NCBI RefSeq assembly: GCF_000315625.1
Contig: NW_005434640.1
Location: 132,270 to 196,269, forward strand
Direction of reading: 5' to 3'
DNA length: 64,000 nucleotides
Source of the DNA: Guillardia theta CCMP2712
Lineage: Eukaryota; Protista; Cryptophyta
Below are positions 12,228 through 28,074 of the stretch, piece by piece (position 1 is the first letter of the stretch; the number at the start of each line of letters is the position of its first letter). A model generated the notes under the pieces. The model did not search any database. It was not told where the DNA came from and saw nothing but the letters and a program-made list of their open reading frames with translations. Position numbers and translations under genes: made by a program.

Positions 12228-14917
12228 ATGTGGCTATTTGGAGCCCCCAGAGCGAACGAACACGGAACGTCTACGGACCCATACACCTGCATCTCGTCGG
12301 CTGTGAGCTTGTGACATGTTTGTTGTCCTCATTGAAGGCTCCACCAGGTGCTTCGTGCTTGCACGCCTGGCGTAGGGAGAGATGTGATAGAGGTTGCTCT
12401 GCTGGAAATGGAGCCATACATGGAAGAACAGAAATAGTGAGTGTTGTCTGCTGCAGACTAGGCGCTGACCCTTGTGTCCCCTTTGACCTGATAGCATCGC
12501 TGAGTGCTTGAAGCATATGAAATGTAGGATAAAAGATTTCGAGCCAATGGTACAGGTTGATTTGACTAACGACGATTCCAACATGGTCTGACGTGGCGAT
12601 TAGAAAAGCGGGTTGGAGTTTCTGAATTTCTGCATGTCAAAATTCGGAAGAACATTCAGAGTTGAAGTACATAGAAAGGTGAAAAGAAGCCTGCATTGCG
12701 ATAGCCGTCTCTTCGCCTTCAACCTTGTTTCCGACCTCCTCACCAATCTCATAGACTGATAGCTCACTGATCTATTGTCTACTTATGCACCTCCCAGGTT
12801 CTCTCACGAGTGCTCAAGTTTGCTCAGCCGAAGTTCAAATACCCGAAGACGGTGACTTGGTTTCAGTGCAGCAGATGTTGTTGACGGCCCCTTTTTAGAT
12901 CTGTGATCTGTCCAAGAAGCTGATAGTCGATTGGGCCGAGAAGTATGGAGCCGAGGCAACGGTCTTCGCCTATCTCTCTCTATACTTTGGATCTGAGTTC
13001 TTGCAGGAATTCGCATCGGCTGCTCGCGCTCTGGGATGGGTTGGAGCGACTGGTATAGAATGCAACAAACTGCCATGGCATCTTACTGGATACGATGAAA
13101 CAGGCGGTGTTGTTCCTCCAGCCATGAACCCATCCATAGCGTCAGGCTACATTGGCAATATTCCCTCGTTCAATGGCCTTGCTATGCTTATGCGCTGTGA
13201 CAGAGCAATCTCCCACTGTGCCTCCTACTCAACAATTCGACGCTAGCCAACTCGCCGACGCTTCTCCTTTCTGTGCGTCGTTGTGTGTCATCGCTGCTAT
13301 CATCTCTTCCTCCTCCTCAGTTTCCAAGCCGAGGACTGTTCATCGAGTCTAGGACACATTCATGGCATCCATGCTTGCTGTCTTGTGATCAAGCTCATTT
13401 TCTCATTCGAGATATCTTTGATTCTTTCTCATCGCTTACGGTGTTGCGACGTAGACGTCTCTGCAATGAAAGCGGCCCAAGGAAATCCCAGTGTCAGCCC
13501 TGAAGCAGGCAAGCAGAGAAATGCCGGCCTATCATGTGATTGATTTTTTGGATCTACCAGTTCAACATCTTGGTGCTGCTGCTCAAAGGCCTGTACAAAA
13601 GATGACTTTCGACCAAGCTTCTGAAATTTTGGGCCTGATGGCATCAGTCTTGGTATGCTCAGATTGAACGAATGAGAATCAATCGAGTCTTCCTTGTCAC
13701 TGTTTGGAGACAGGACGACCATTCTGCTGATCATGCTCTGGATGATACTGTAGACATCATCGCGCAGGTATTCAAATGCCGCTGATTATCTTGATTAGAA
13801 AAAGATCTTATTTGTACCGTTGCCAGAGATGTGCAGCTGCAATAGAATGGATACAAGCCGAAATCCTCGGTGATGATGCAAAAGGTATTCATGTTGTTGC
13901 TTGTGGGTCATGATCTTATGCTTGCGCAGCTGAAGACTACATGAATCAGCTCATCGACTTGAACGACAAGCTGAGACGAGAAGTGAAGGTGATGTTTGAC
14001 CCCTTGGATGATGTTGATAGTGACATTCCTTGTGGTTCAGCGGTACTACTCCCGGAAGAAACATGCGGCAAAATCCTCAAGCAAGCATCATACAAGCCCC
14101 TCAAACTCACATTCGAAAGCCGAAGAGAACAACACTTCAGCTGAAGGCAACCTGATCGACCTATTGGTAAATCTACCAACGAGATCTTTGTCGATTCGTT
14201 GACTTGCGATTCACCCTAGATCAATCCAGTGCCTGGCCCAGAAACACTCCTCAGGTTCCCAAATTTCTTTCTGAGCCTTTGGAGGAGCACCTGACTGTTT
14301 TCACCCTCTAAAGTGCGTCAGCCCCTCCCATGCCCGATGAAAGTCCATCTGCTGCCCGCGATGTCAACGGTGCTGTCAATCCCCCCGTTGTAAACCCCGT
14401 CACCTCCGACCTCCCGACGTCTGCTGGATTTCCGCTCCCCCACAGCAAGGCACGGCAGGAGCCCTCCCTCACAGAGGTGTTTGACCGCATCAATGTGAAC
14501 GCTCAGGTGAAAACGATCAGCATCTCGGCGCCTCTGACGCCTCCCGCAGCTGGCGGAGGAGCTGGTACACAAGGACTCGACGCTCGACGCTCAAGGCAGG
14601 AGGGAGAGACTCAAGTGAGTCATGGAGAGAGGGCAGGAGCGCGTGCTGGACTGATTATTATCCCCCCCCCCCCTCTCAGTTGGATCAAGAACGTTGTCAA
14701 GGAGAGCAAATCAAAGATCAAAGAGCAGAAGGTTTGCGGGCTTGCCTGCCGTGCCCAGCTGACCGAGGCCGACAGGACCCTGACTTCGTCTCAATCGCCA
14801 ACCAGAAGAAGGTGAGGGCAGAGAGATGGGAAGCGTCTCGAGTTAACGTGCTGTGTACAGCTAAAAGGCTTCCAATACCTCGAAGAGCTGCAGCAGTTTG
14901 GCAACCTTGCAGTGTAG
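12228..14917 (+). CDS. TOM1-like (TOL) VHS-GAT ubiquitin-sorting adaptor, many short exons
   Basis: Spliced reading: MWLFGAPR..CISSA|VLRACTPG..; AECLKHMKCRIKDFEPMVQ|KSGLEFLNFCMSKFGRTFRVEVHRK; DLSKKLIVDWAEKYG (VHS helices); FDQASEILGLMASVL..AAIEWIQAEIL..YMNQLIDLNDKLRREV (GAT); Pro/Ser-rich tail; last exon LKGFQYLEELQQFGNLAV*. Confidence 0.75.
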
Positions 14918-15499
14918 ACATGGTGCTGTCGTCTAGTGATATTTTTTGGTTGATCGGTGCACAAGGAGAGACGTGTAGATGAAAGGATTCTTGCGAAGGG
15001 AGGAAGTGGAGAAAATCAGCTGGCAACACGCACTGATGTATATATGGGAAAAAACATACTTTTGAAATGCATTGTTTATGATCCTCAAAAATATCTTTTC
15101 AAAATCTACAAGGCAACTATGTACACGGCTATTTACAAGCTTCCTACCAACAGCGTGTAATACGTCAAATCTGAAAACAATCTCATATCAGTGACAAGAT
15201 CAAAACCAAATTGTCAGGGGGCTTTCTAGGTGGATCAGCAAAGATCAGTGTAACTATGACTATATTCGAAGCCTCTTCGCCGCAGCTCGGCTCGAAAAGT
15301 TTGTCATCATTTTGCTGATGGAGCCCGAACCAAGGGCATCGAAAGACATCTTCTTGGACAAGCTCTTTCACTCGTCTCTCATCTCCATGCCTCTTGTCCC
15401 CCCCCCCCCCCCCACCCCCCGCCTTCCCCCAAGCCCCCGCCTTCCCCCATGCCTTACCGCCATTGGGACTCCTCGCTTCACGTGCGCGCCCTCCTCCCC

Positions 15500-16135
15500 A
15501 CTCATCTTATCACATGATCCGGGCCTGATCCGGGCCGCCCGGCCCGGGCCGGGCCCGGCGGCCCGGTGCCAGTGCACCGGTCGTACTACCGTACGGTAGT
15601 ACCGGGTAGCCTGCCCGGTGACCGTACAGCGGGGCCCGGGGTTCTCCCGGCGACGGACGGTGACTGGGCTATCATGCACGATCGGACCGTGGTCGGCCGC
15701 TCCCGGGGCCGGGCCTCCCCGGGCCGGGGACTCGCCTCGGACACCGGGCCCGGGGTGGCGTCTCCGATAGGACCCTCAGCAGGCTGGTACGGTCCCCCAG
15801 TCCGAGAAGCCAGGCTCGGATCGGAAGCCTGAGTTTGTTACCGAGAACACCGTACTACCGTACCGTACGCCGTTTGGAATTCCGACTGATGGCAGACATC
15901 ATGGCATCCGATGATGATTGAATCGGCGATCAGTGACTGCCGCGCCGCGGCTCTCCTCCTCGCACGGCCCAGTGACCGCGGCGCCGCGACGGTCACCGAC
16001 TACGGTGAAGCCACCGAGTCGGACGACGGTACCGTAGGCGAGTCACAGTTGAACGGCGGTCCAACTTGCAAGTTGCCGCGCCGCGCCGCACTGGCTGCAG
16101 TGCACTGCGGCGCGGCACTGAGTCTGCCCAACAGC
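15500..16135. repeat. GC-rich palindromic intergenic island (copy 2)
   Basis: ccgggcccgg runs, cgtacggt words, perfect palindromes acggtaccgt (16026-16035) and caacttgcaagttg (16062-16075). Confidence 0.7.
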
Positions 16136-16253
16136 AAGAAGATGATTATTTTTAATTAGGTTCCCAGGAAATAGTCCTGTTGAAGAGCCCCCTAGTGAAC
16201 AAGGGATAGGACCTTGGGGTATTACAGCTATGACCGAGCTATGTCCTGGGGGG

Positions 16254-19400
<3,147 letters not shown>

Positions 19401-19819
19401 GAAGAAAACGACACCCTACGAACAATTTCGTGGTTAGACGGAGAAGCTTTCTGCTCCTCTCTCTCTCCTCGCACACGGAGTCTAGCCCTTTCCCCTCCTA
19501 TCACGTAACAATGCACTGCTCTTTTTGGTTTTCTCCTCCTTGTTCGTGCTCCTCCCTCCTCCCTCCTCCCTCCTCCCTCCTCCGTCCTCCTTGTTTCTCC
19601 CTTGTTCCCCAGCAGCCATCTTTCGGGGGACTTGCTGCCCTCGATATCAGTTCTCTTCTCCTAATTATTTTTGCTGTCTTAAATTATTTATGAGAATATT
19701 TCTGAGGCAGACTTGATATCATAGACAATTTTGTCAGATTTTGATCATCACCCCTCCACCTCCCTGCGTTTTGAGAGCATTTGGATGATGGTAGGGCTGC
19801 CTTTTTAGTGTTTTTCACC

Positions 19820-20045
19820 ACCCCCCACATTCACTACCCTACCCCCAATTTTTCCGGTATCCGTACTTTGACACCGGTGTCCTTTGCTTCAACCTTACTT
19901 CAATCCAAGTTTTGATACTACAAAGTACCTACCCCTTCCCTCTTCAAAGATCACCCCACCCATCTTTTACACTCCTCTATTTCCAAGGACCCCTCATCCT
20001 TCCAATTACATCGTACCCCCCTACCCTATTCTTAGCTTGCTACCC
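19820..20045 (+). promoter_or_regulatory. TACCCC-rich tract upstream of the 20069 gene
   Basis: taccctacccc, tacctacccc and gtacccccctacccta on +, which is the sense strand of the downstream gene. Confidence 0.4.
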
Positions 20046-20068
20046 ACGAACGAAATTCTCAGGGCGGC

Positions 20069-21061
20069 ATGCAAGGGCGGGCTTATGACAAGGTGCTCAT
20101 GGCGGCCCCAGCCCGCGTCTCATCCTCTTCCAACCCCGATTCATGCACGATCTTCAACCCTTCTCATCCATTCTCTGTAGCAACGTCTTCAAGTGCTGAT
20201 GGCCGTGCCAAGGAGGAAGGGAATGGTACCACCATCGCACCTCCTCTGATTGAGATCCTGGATGCATCAAAGCGCCAGAGACCAATTTACCCCTACATCC
20301 CTGGGGCATCAAATGCGGAAGATTACGTCAATTATGTTCACAGGAAAGTTGGGATACATGTCAAACAGACATCATGCACCAGAATCATCAGTATGATGAG
20401 ATTCTTGCAAGACATGCTCGCCGAGGGGACTGTTCAGTTTGTCACAAGTAATGACGAGTCTCAGGTTTCCGTATTTGGATTTACCGTGATGACCGCAACA
20501 CAACCGGAATTTAACCACAAAGTCAAGGATTTCATCAGCTCCAATCCGTACTGGGTTCGCTTGAATGGACGAGAAACAATAAAAAGGCCTACGCAACAAG
20601 TTTACGAATTGTTCCGCCAGCTTGGCATCGTTCCAGTTCGCGGAACACGCGGGCTACAAGAAAAGGATGAAGACAAGAGGGATTTCTTGCTCGCAACAAC
20701 GTATCAATTCAGCCGCATCAAGCTCATCCGTGCGCGCGATCGCCTGAGGCCGAATGGGATCTCGTATCTGCAGAACTATCGCCTCTTGTCTGTCGGGCCG
20801 GAGGACATGAACGCTTTCCATGATGACGTCGAAAGTATTGCGTCGGTTGCTCCTGACAGCTCCGAATGTAGCGAGCATGGTGATGGTGTCTCCAACCAAA
20901 ACGGTCCTTTACTATCCCCGGTACAGCCTCGGCAAACATCGCAATGGCATGCTTTGATGGGCCTTTTGGAAGGAAGCAAGAACGACTTGCTGCACGATTG
21001 CAATCACAATCCTGCATCAAACTCTGAATCTTCTCCACTTGACAACCATGGACAATCTTGA
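20069..21061 (+). CDS. Hypothetical protein, intronless, 330 aa
   Basis: Long ATG-stop ORF with a central globular segment between low-complexity ends. Confidence 0.75.
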   Translation: MQGRAYDKVLMAAPARVSSSSNPDSCTIFNPSHPFSVATSSSADGRAKEEGNGTTIAPPLIEILDASKRQRPIYPYIPGASNAEDYVNYVHRKVGIHVKQTSCTRIISMMRFLQDMLAEGTVQFVTSNDESQVSVFGFTVMTATQPEFNHKVKDFISSNPYWVRLNGRETIKRPTQQVYELFRQLGIVPVRGTRGLQEKDEDKRDFLLATTYQFSRIKLIRARDRLRPNGISYLQNYRLLSVGPEDMNAFHDDVESIASVAPDSSECSEHGDGVSNQNGPLLSPVQPRQTSQWHALMGLLEGSKNDLLHDCNHNPASNSESSPLDNHGQS

Positions 21062-21349
21062 CACTGAACAGCTCAGATGTGTTTCATTGGTAATGCTCTC
21101 AGTGGCAGGGTATGATGTCACTGACGGTGTCAGTGTGTACCTTTTTTTGAACTTGGCAATTTTACTAGATTTGCGAATGGCTTGACTGCATGATGCCACC
21201 GTAATTCGATACTTACGGTCACAGTTCAGTATTAGAGATTTGATGACTTGTATCCTGATTACCGTATCGTTAGTTTTTATTCTTGACTCATCATTGTAAA
21301 TCCTCTCTTTCGAAGCTTTACCGTACCCGCTCAGCTGCACTGAACATGG

Positions 21350-21955
21350 AGGCCGTGGCTGTCAAGTCAAGTTGTTGACGCCCGGGAGCCTCTCCCCGTC
21401 GGCGCGCCGGAAGCCGTGACCGTACGGTGCGACCCCGCGTCCGACTGCGGCCAGTCCGCCCGGCGTGCCGGCCCCGCCGCACCGTCACCGTGCCACTGTG
21501 CGGCGGACGGTGACTCGGCTGCGCACTCAGTCACAGTGTTCACGGTTCGCCGCATCATCCGCAGTGATCCTCCAAGTGAGTCAGCTCAGTAGGGCGGCTC
21601 CGACCGTGTTGACAGTGATTCGGAATCGGAGAACTCCGACTCAGTCGAAACACTTAGGTCCGACGGGGGGCGCCCCGGGCCCGGCGGCGCCAGCCTCCCC
21701 TCAGCGCGCGGCCCGGGCCCGGGCGGGCCCCGCCGCCGCCGCCGGGCCGCGGCGTGCTTCTTGAGCGGACTCAGCTGAATTTCTGCGATCCTCAGTATTT
21801 CATAGCCTAGTACTACGGTATCAAGTTTACTGTACGGTCCACTCCCGCACCGCGTACTAGGTATCATGTGATCAGGCCGGCCCGCCGGGGCGGCCGCCCG
21901 GCCGGCCGGCCCGGGCCGGGCCCGAGTCCCGGTCACCGGCGTACGGTCGGAAACG
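21350..21955. repeat. GC-rich palindromic intergenic island (copy 3)
   Basis: ggcccgggcccggg, ccggccggccggcccgggccgggccc, ccgtacggt, gagtcagctcag. Confidence 0.7.
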
Positions 21956-22099
21956 TCTTTGTAACAGGCGTAACATCTCTACGTAACGCCCGTAACGACC
22001 AATTGTCTCTTCGCGGCGGCTCATGGGGAACGGCGCCATGCAGCGGTAAGGCTGAAGTGATGGGGAGACGTGAAAGGGCAGCATGTTCATAAGATCGGA

Positions 22100-23754
22100 A
22101 CATGCAGAGCAAGAGTCTCAACATGTCTTCTTTGGGAAGAGTAACTCATGCTATTGATGTTAATCACCTTTCTATGCAATCTAGACTTGTGGTTCTCACG
22201 CATAGTGTGGAATTCCGGGAAATAGTTTGTTCATGCGCATGACATCTTCGATCACAGGCGCATCCTGGTAGTTGGTGCATCGATCTTTGTGGCAACCCTC
22301 GCAATTGCCTTTGTTTTGTTGATAACCCAGGTTCGAGACAAACGAACGGGGAAATAATTCAACTAATTCCATGTACAGGAATCGGATACCCGAGGTAGCA
22401 GTGCTCTTTACCAGCAGGCTTACTACACTGTTCCCTCTCAACAACTGGCCTTTGCGAATCAGGCCAAGTTCACCCAGCTTCCCAGCTATGTAGGGGTCGC
22501 TGTTACAACAGTAGACTTGGTGATGTAGCCTTCAGGTGGTAACTGGAGCAGTGAATGCCCCCTCTGGTGGAGCCCAATCCCCCCCGAACGGCGTTGTTAT
22601 GCAGTTTCCTGGCAGCCAGGTGACTTTTGCTTCTCCGTCTCCTTGAGTTCAACTGGTAAATGTTCCATCGCAGGACTCGGTGAGCGACTCGCCTGCAGAC
22701 GAGGAGGAGGAGGAGGAGGAGCACTTGACTGAAGAGGAGAAGAAGGAGAAGCAGGAGCAAGAGGTTCTGATCCCTTGAAGCATCCTGTTGTGGAGACTGA
22801 TGATTGCTGCAGAAACAAAGAAGGTTGAAGAGGTCGCTCGAGAGAACGAAGGAGCGAACGTACAGAATCAATGCTCGCATGGCTGATCTGCGACGATATG
22901 TCAAGGCTCAAGCCAGAGAGGTTCTCCGATCCATCGATGTAAGTGGCAAGGTTCTGCATGACACATTTCTCTAATTGTATTTGTGCAGTCTCAAACCGAG
23001 GACATCGATTACCGAATCTCCAAGGTTCCTGGTGTGGTCGGACCAGAAGGTATCGTCATGTGTGATATGCTAAGGTGTTTTTTTGATACTTTCTTAAAGG
23101 CCCAAGAGGTATTGCTGGAACCCCTGGTAAGAATGGTGTGAACGGAGCCCATGGCCAGCCTGGAGAACAAGGACCACAAGGGGAACCAGGTGAAGAGCTT
23201 GCTTCTTTTGTGCCTCTACCTCTTACGTTGACACAGGTGAACCTGGACCTGTCGGAGATCCTGGCCCCCCTGGACCAGAGGGATTGGTGGGACCCGAGGG
23301 ACCCGAGGGACCTCCAGGTAACGAGTCATTCCATTGGATCTCTCATGGGGGAGGGAAGGAAGACTGGCTTGTGCGGAGTGATGCGAATTTTCGAAACTGA
23401 ACGCTACCCTCTTTCTCTGTGTTGTGTTGTCCTTGCTCCCTAGGACCCCATGGTCCTGCGGGAATTCTTGGAGGCCCCGGCCCCATTGGCCCACAAGGCC
23501 GATCTCGTCGCCGCCTCTAAGACTGAAGATTCTTCTGGTTGGTTGTGGTCAGGGGAGATTAGGGAAGCAAGCAAGTAGTCAGAGTAGCACAGCCTGTGCA
23601 ATGATCTTTGAAGTCATTCGCTGTGATATGACAAGAGAATCTTTTTGAGCTGTGGTTTCTTCTGACTATTCGATTTCCTGAAGGACCGGCTGGACCTCCA
23701 GGCATCGCTGGACCTCCTGGACCCATTGGACCACAAGGCAAGAGTCGAAGATAA
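22100..23754 (+). CDS. Collagen triple-helix (Gly-X-Y) protein with an upstream acidic/coiled-coil segment (start uncertain)
   Basis: Exons [94 protein letters not shown]; preceded by [21 protein letters not shown]|[15 protein letters not shown]. Confidence 0.8.
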
Positions 23755-23899
23755 GCATCGGACTACCTGCTTCCTTACCACAGCGAATCAAAAACAAGCG
23801 ATATGCTTCTAACCGGCGCATGTTGTCTTCTGCAAAAATACAGACAAATTTTCAAAACACCGTGTTTCTGTCCACTAGACACGTCCAAGAGTGGTTGTT

Positions 23900-26477
23900 T
23901 TGCCTCTATGTCCCTGCTTGCTGCTCTGCACTATCGTGAAGCATCCTCTCCGACTCAGCTATCAACAACATCTGAGTGCACCATCAGCATCAAAAGAACA
24001 TCATCTCGAGATCAACTTGATACTTCGTTTTGCTGCAGGGACTGAAAATCAACCACAGGTTCATCTTGAGTAACCGCCCCGTTGTCGTTGAAGACCTCAA
24101 AAGTTTTGGTAGACATCTTTTTTTCGTCACCGTCTAGACGAGCATCTTTGCAAACGAATAGCTTTTGACTTGAGGATTCTTGTTGGCCAACCTTCAATAT
24201 TGGTTCTTTCTCATTACTGACATCTGCGCCTGTTGGAATCGAAATCACATAGGGGCATAAGAAGCGATTCAATGTAGTAGATTTTGACCTGTGAGAACGC
24301 TATCTTCCATATCGACAGCTTTCCTTTTTCTAATGGTGTCCGGTGAACTCGGAACCGTTGTCATATTTCGAGGCGAGTGATTTCCTGATGTTGGATCCTC
24401 TCGCTTCTTTCCAGAATCTATGCCTTCAGCTTGATCATTTTCTACAGCAATCTGAGATTCTTTTGCTGAGTGTGAGTTATCACTGATAACTACAGTGGGT
24501 TCCTGCACGCCAATGTCATTTGCTCCAGCGTTCGAAGTATCGTGCTGAGAATTTGTAAGTAGCGGCTCAACCGCCACTACTCCTAGCGCAAGAGATTTCT
24601 CTTCAGCATTATCAATGGCTTCGAGATTCAATTCGAGATTCAATTCGAGATTCTGATCAACTGTTGATTCTTGCTTATCTGTTGTTTTGTTACAACCAGT
24701 TCCAGGCAATGTTTCCACAAGATCTGAGCATGCATTTTGCAGATCAGACGAATCAATTTTTGCGATATCTCCATGATTTTCCACTGGATTATCTGAGCCT
24801 TTGGCAAGCTCATTTGGTTCAGATATTTGATCATCAACCAACATTGTTTCATCTTGATCGTCTAACATCTTGTTATAGTCCAGACTTTTTGTTTCTTCCG
24901 CCTCGCTATCCTTGTTGTCAGTTGCATCAGACAATCCGAATTCTAGCTTTTGAGTTTGCTTTTCTTGGTTTGCACAAGGAGATGTATTCACTTCTGATGT
25001 GATGATAGGCGTAGAGTTGCTGTTTTCTCTTCAAGTACCAGGAAAGGAAAAAAATCACTTCAACAACAACAATACACACAGAGATACACACACACACACA
25101 AAGTGAATTACTTGATTGTATCCTGCTCCGGAATGACCTCCAATCTTGAGAGCAGTCTTGCTGCATCTGCAGTGCTGACTATTTCTACATCGCGGAGAAT
25201 ACTCACCAAGTGCTAAGCATTCATTTCAATCTAGTGAGCAATGTTCAAAAGCAAACAAGGACCTCTTTTTCCTCAAGCAATGTTGAGATGTTCGCAACAT
25301 TCCTGTCATTATCTTTGGTGTACACCTCAACCTTCTGAGACAGATCATAAATTTTCCTCTGGTATTCTTCTATTTCAGAGCTCAACTTCGATTTTTCTTC
25401 GTGAAGTACTGAGTTTTCTGAAATTAGCATGGCGATTTTGCTGTATTGGCATTCGACCTGCACTCACCGATCAAAATTAAACACAAAAATGCTGTAATGC
25501 AGTTTTATACGATGTTTCTCAGGTGTTTCTCATGCTTCATCAGCTGCTTTTTAATGCCATGCATTTGTTCATTTTTCTCGAGTATCAGGTCAAATTCTTG
25601 TGCCATACGCGCAATCTGTCAAACATGCACCATCAAGAGATCTTGAGGACAAATTGTTGATTCATGACCTGGGACCTTAACATCGTCAAATCTCTTTGAC
25701 AAGACAAAATTTCAGTGGACTGTCGAGTTATTTCATCTTGTGCAGCTTCCAAGAACTTTAGATTTTCCTTCGATCTATGTCTTTCTTTTTGCAGATTAAA
25801 ATTTATTTCTTGAGCATACCTGGTCAGAGATTAGATCCAAAGGACATACATCTGCTGAAGTCTCTTGCATCAAACCGTTTCAAGTTCTGAACTTGATCAT
25901 CGTTCACACTTTTCTCCGTGTTCAACGAATTGTCGGGAATGCAGAGTAGTGCTTCGAGTGAAGGTTCGATTGTTTCCAGCAACCCTTCCATGAACTTATC
26001 GATGTCCAGAAATGAGCTTGACTGCTCTGAGGGCTCAAGAGGACAATTAGTGCTTTGCTCTACATCTTCGTTAAAGGCGCAATCTTTTATCTTCTTTTTG
26101 TTGATCTCGACCAAGGCTGTCCTGAACCAGTCCATTTCCTATCACAAGAAAAAGCAAAACATTTCTCACAAGAGCAACCTGATTTTTGATCTCATGTTGC
26201 TGATGAGAAACAATTGCATTTCAAGGCATTCCTTGGGATCTTCATTCCCGTTGTTTGAAGGAGTTTCCGCTTCTGCTCAATGTACTTTGAGTTTGTTGCA
26301 AATCTTTCCCTCCGCATACTCAAGTACTTCGATGCATCTTTTCGCATCTTTCATACCTGCTTTCAGCATTGTATCCTCTTGCATGCATTCTCTCGAGTAA
26401 TCCCTCTCATCGACTTCTCCTTCCTCCGCTGTTCGCTCCCAGCCATCCGCGTCCTTCGTTGTCGCACTATTCGCCAT
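23900..26477 (-). CDS. Hypothetical coiled-coil/acidic low-complexity protein, AT-richer than its neighbours (3' end approximate)
   Basis: A chain of minus-strand ORFs (26277-26477, 25824-26135, 25245-25463, 24269-24991) with E/K/D/N-rich coiled-coil character, separated by short introns. Confidence 0.6.
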
Positions 26478-26546
26478 CCCGCCAAAAAACTTTGAAGGCC
26501 CAAAAGAAAAAATCTATTCCCTGAGGCGGACTTCATCGGGTTCGCC

Positions 26547-28065
26547 ATGCCGCTGTTGCCAGGGGAGACGAATGCGTCCGACAGGTACAGGAGCGGCCTG
26601 GCGCCGCTGGAGGATGTAGCAGATGGCGTGAAGAGATGGGCTGCATCTACGCAGAGAAGCATCGAGCAGTCATGGAGGGATCTGAGGGAGAGCGTAGCGG
26701 GAGGAGGACAGCAGCCTCAGGAGAGCCTGCGCATGGCCGGCATCCCCATCATGCCTCATGTTGTACCTTTCCGGGCCAGCGCGATGGACGACCCGAGGAT
26801 ATGGCAGAGTGTGCTTCAGAGTACGGTGCAGACAGCTCCAGCTGTCATGCACATCGGGGATCCGCTCAAGGCTTGTCCGGCAACCCTCCTGTTGATCGCT
26901 GGGCATGCGTATGTATACGGGCAGACGCTGCCCTACAGGGTATGGGGGTTTCACCATCGAGCGATCACGGAGTATGGTGAGATGTACCGGCTGATATCTC
27001 CTTCGTTCCTGCATCGAGATCTGCTCCACATGATCAACGACATGTCCAACTTCTTCCTGCAAGGCCTTCTGCTTGAGAAGGGAGAAGGTTGGAGGTTTCT
27101 GGCCCAGACCATGGCGGTGTGTGTGTCCGCCAACGTGCTGAGGATCTTCTCTGCTGTTGGAAAGGTTTGAGTATGCCCTCCCCTCTGTCTCTCTGCTGAG
27201 TTTCGCTGCCCCAGACTGTGTTGTTGAATAGGGAACCTCCATCGGTGAGCAGTCGAAGTTTGTTGATGTCTGGAATTGACAGGGCCATCCCTCCCTCCCT
27301 CCCCTCCCTCCCCTCCCTCCCCTTCTCCCCTCCTTCTCACTGCTGCTTTCTATATGTAGATGAGCTCCATGTTGGGTGGCCTCGGTTTCGGTGGTGTGTG
27401 CGCAGCGTTGCAGGTAGCATCTCCTCATATTGTCAGGTGAGGGGTGAGATAGCTGCTGCAGGTAGTATCATCCTACGATGCAAGCTCTCGCTATCGGCTG
27501 ATGTTCGAGCTGCCGGGCAAGAGGAGGAGGGCGAGGAAGTCTCAAGTGATCATGCCTGTGCAGGAGTCCTGAGACCCTTCACATGCTGGCTCAACTTTGG
27601 GGTACAGTTCTCGCTCGCGCACGGCTACGGGGAGCTGGAGAGGATGCAGGTGCCTGAAGTTTCCTCGCTGATATGCCGCCATGACATGTCGGTTGCGCAG
27701 CGACAGATCGTTGCTAGCGATTTCGACCTGCAGGTAGAGACTCTTGCACCCATCCTCCGCTGGGTCCTCTGACATGAGGGAACACAGATATGTGGCATCC
27801 TGTCTGGGCTGGGATGGGTTTGGATCCCAAGGATGTTTCCCACCCTGAGAAGGTGATGAGAGACGGAGGAAGGGGAGAGGAACGGAGGAGCGGCAAGGAC
27901 GGAGCAGAGAGAGGGACGGAGCAGAGGGAGGGGCAGAGGAGAGGGAGTGGCAGAGGAGGAGTGGCAGAGGAGGAGTGGCAGAGGAGGGAGGGTGTGAGGA
28001 GGGAGAGGCGGAGGAGAAAGAGGCTGCTCTTGATCAGCAGGACGGTGTCAGGTATTTCAACATGA
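26547..28065 (+). CDS. Rhomboid-like (RHBDD1/RBL14-type) membrane protein, apparently catalytically dead
   Basis: PATLLLI..YRLISPSFLHRDLLHMINDM..LLE (TM1-3); GLGFGGVCAAL (GxSG position); PFTCWL; SDFDLQ|ICGILSGL (GHLxG position). Confidence 0.8.
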
Positions 28066-28074
28066 GCGACACCT

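Noticed and set aside
12196-12245. ARSHYPEEACGYL, a JAB/MPN-like motif
   Set aside because: No downstream HxH..D motif; a different frame gives the TOM1-like start.
12804-13734. Minus-strand ORFs
   Set aside because: Antisense to recognisable VHS/GAT exons.
15312-16159. Gly/Pro/Arg-rich ORFs over the GC islands (also 21367-22092, 48833-49182)
   Set aside because: Stop-poor GC-rich DNA with no protein-like features.
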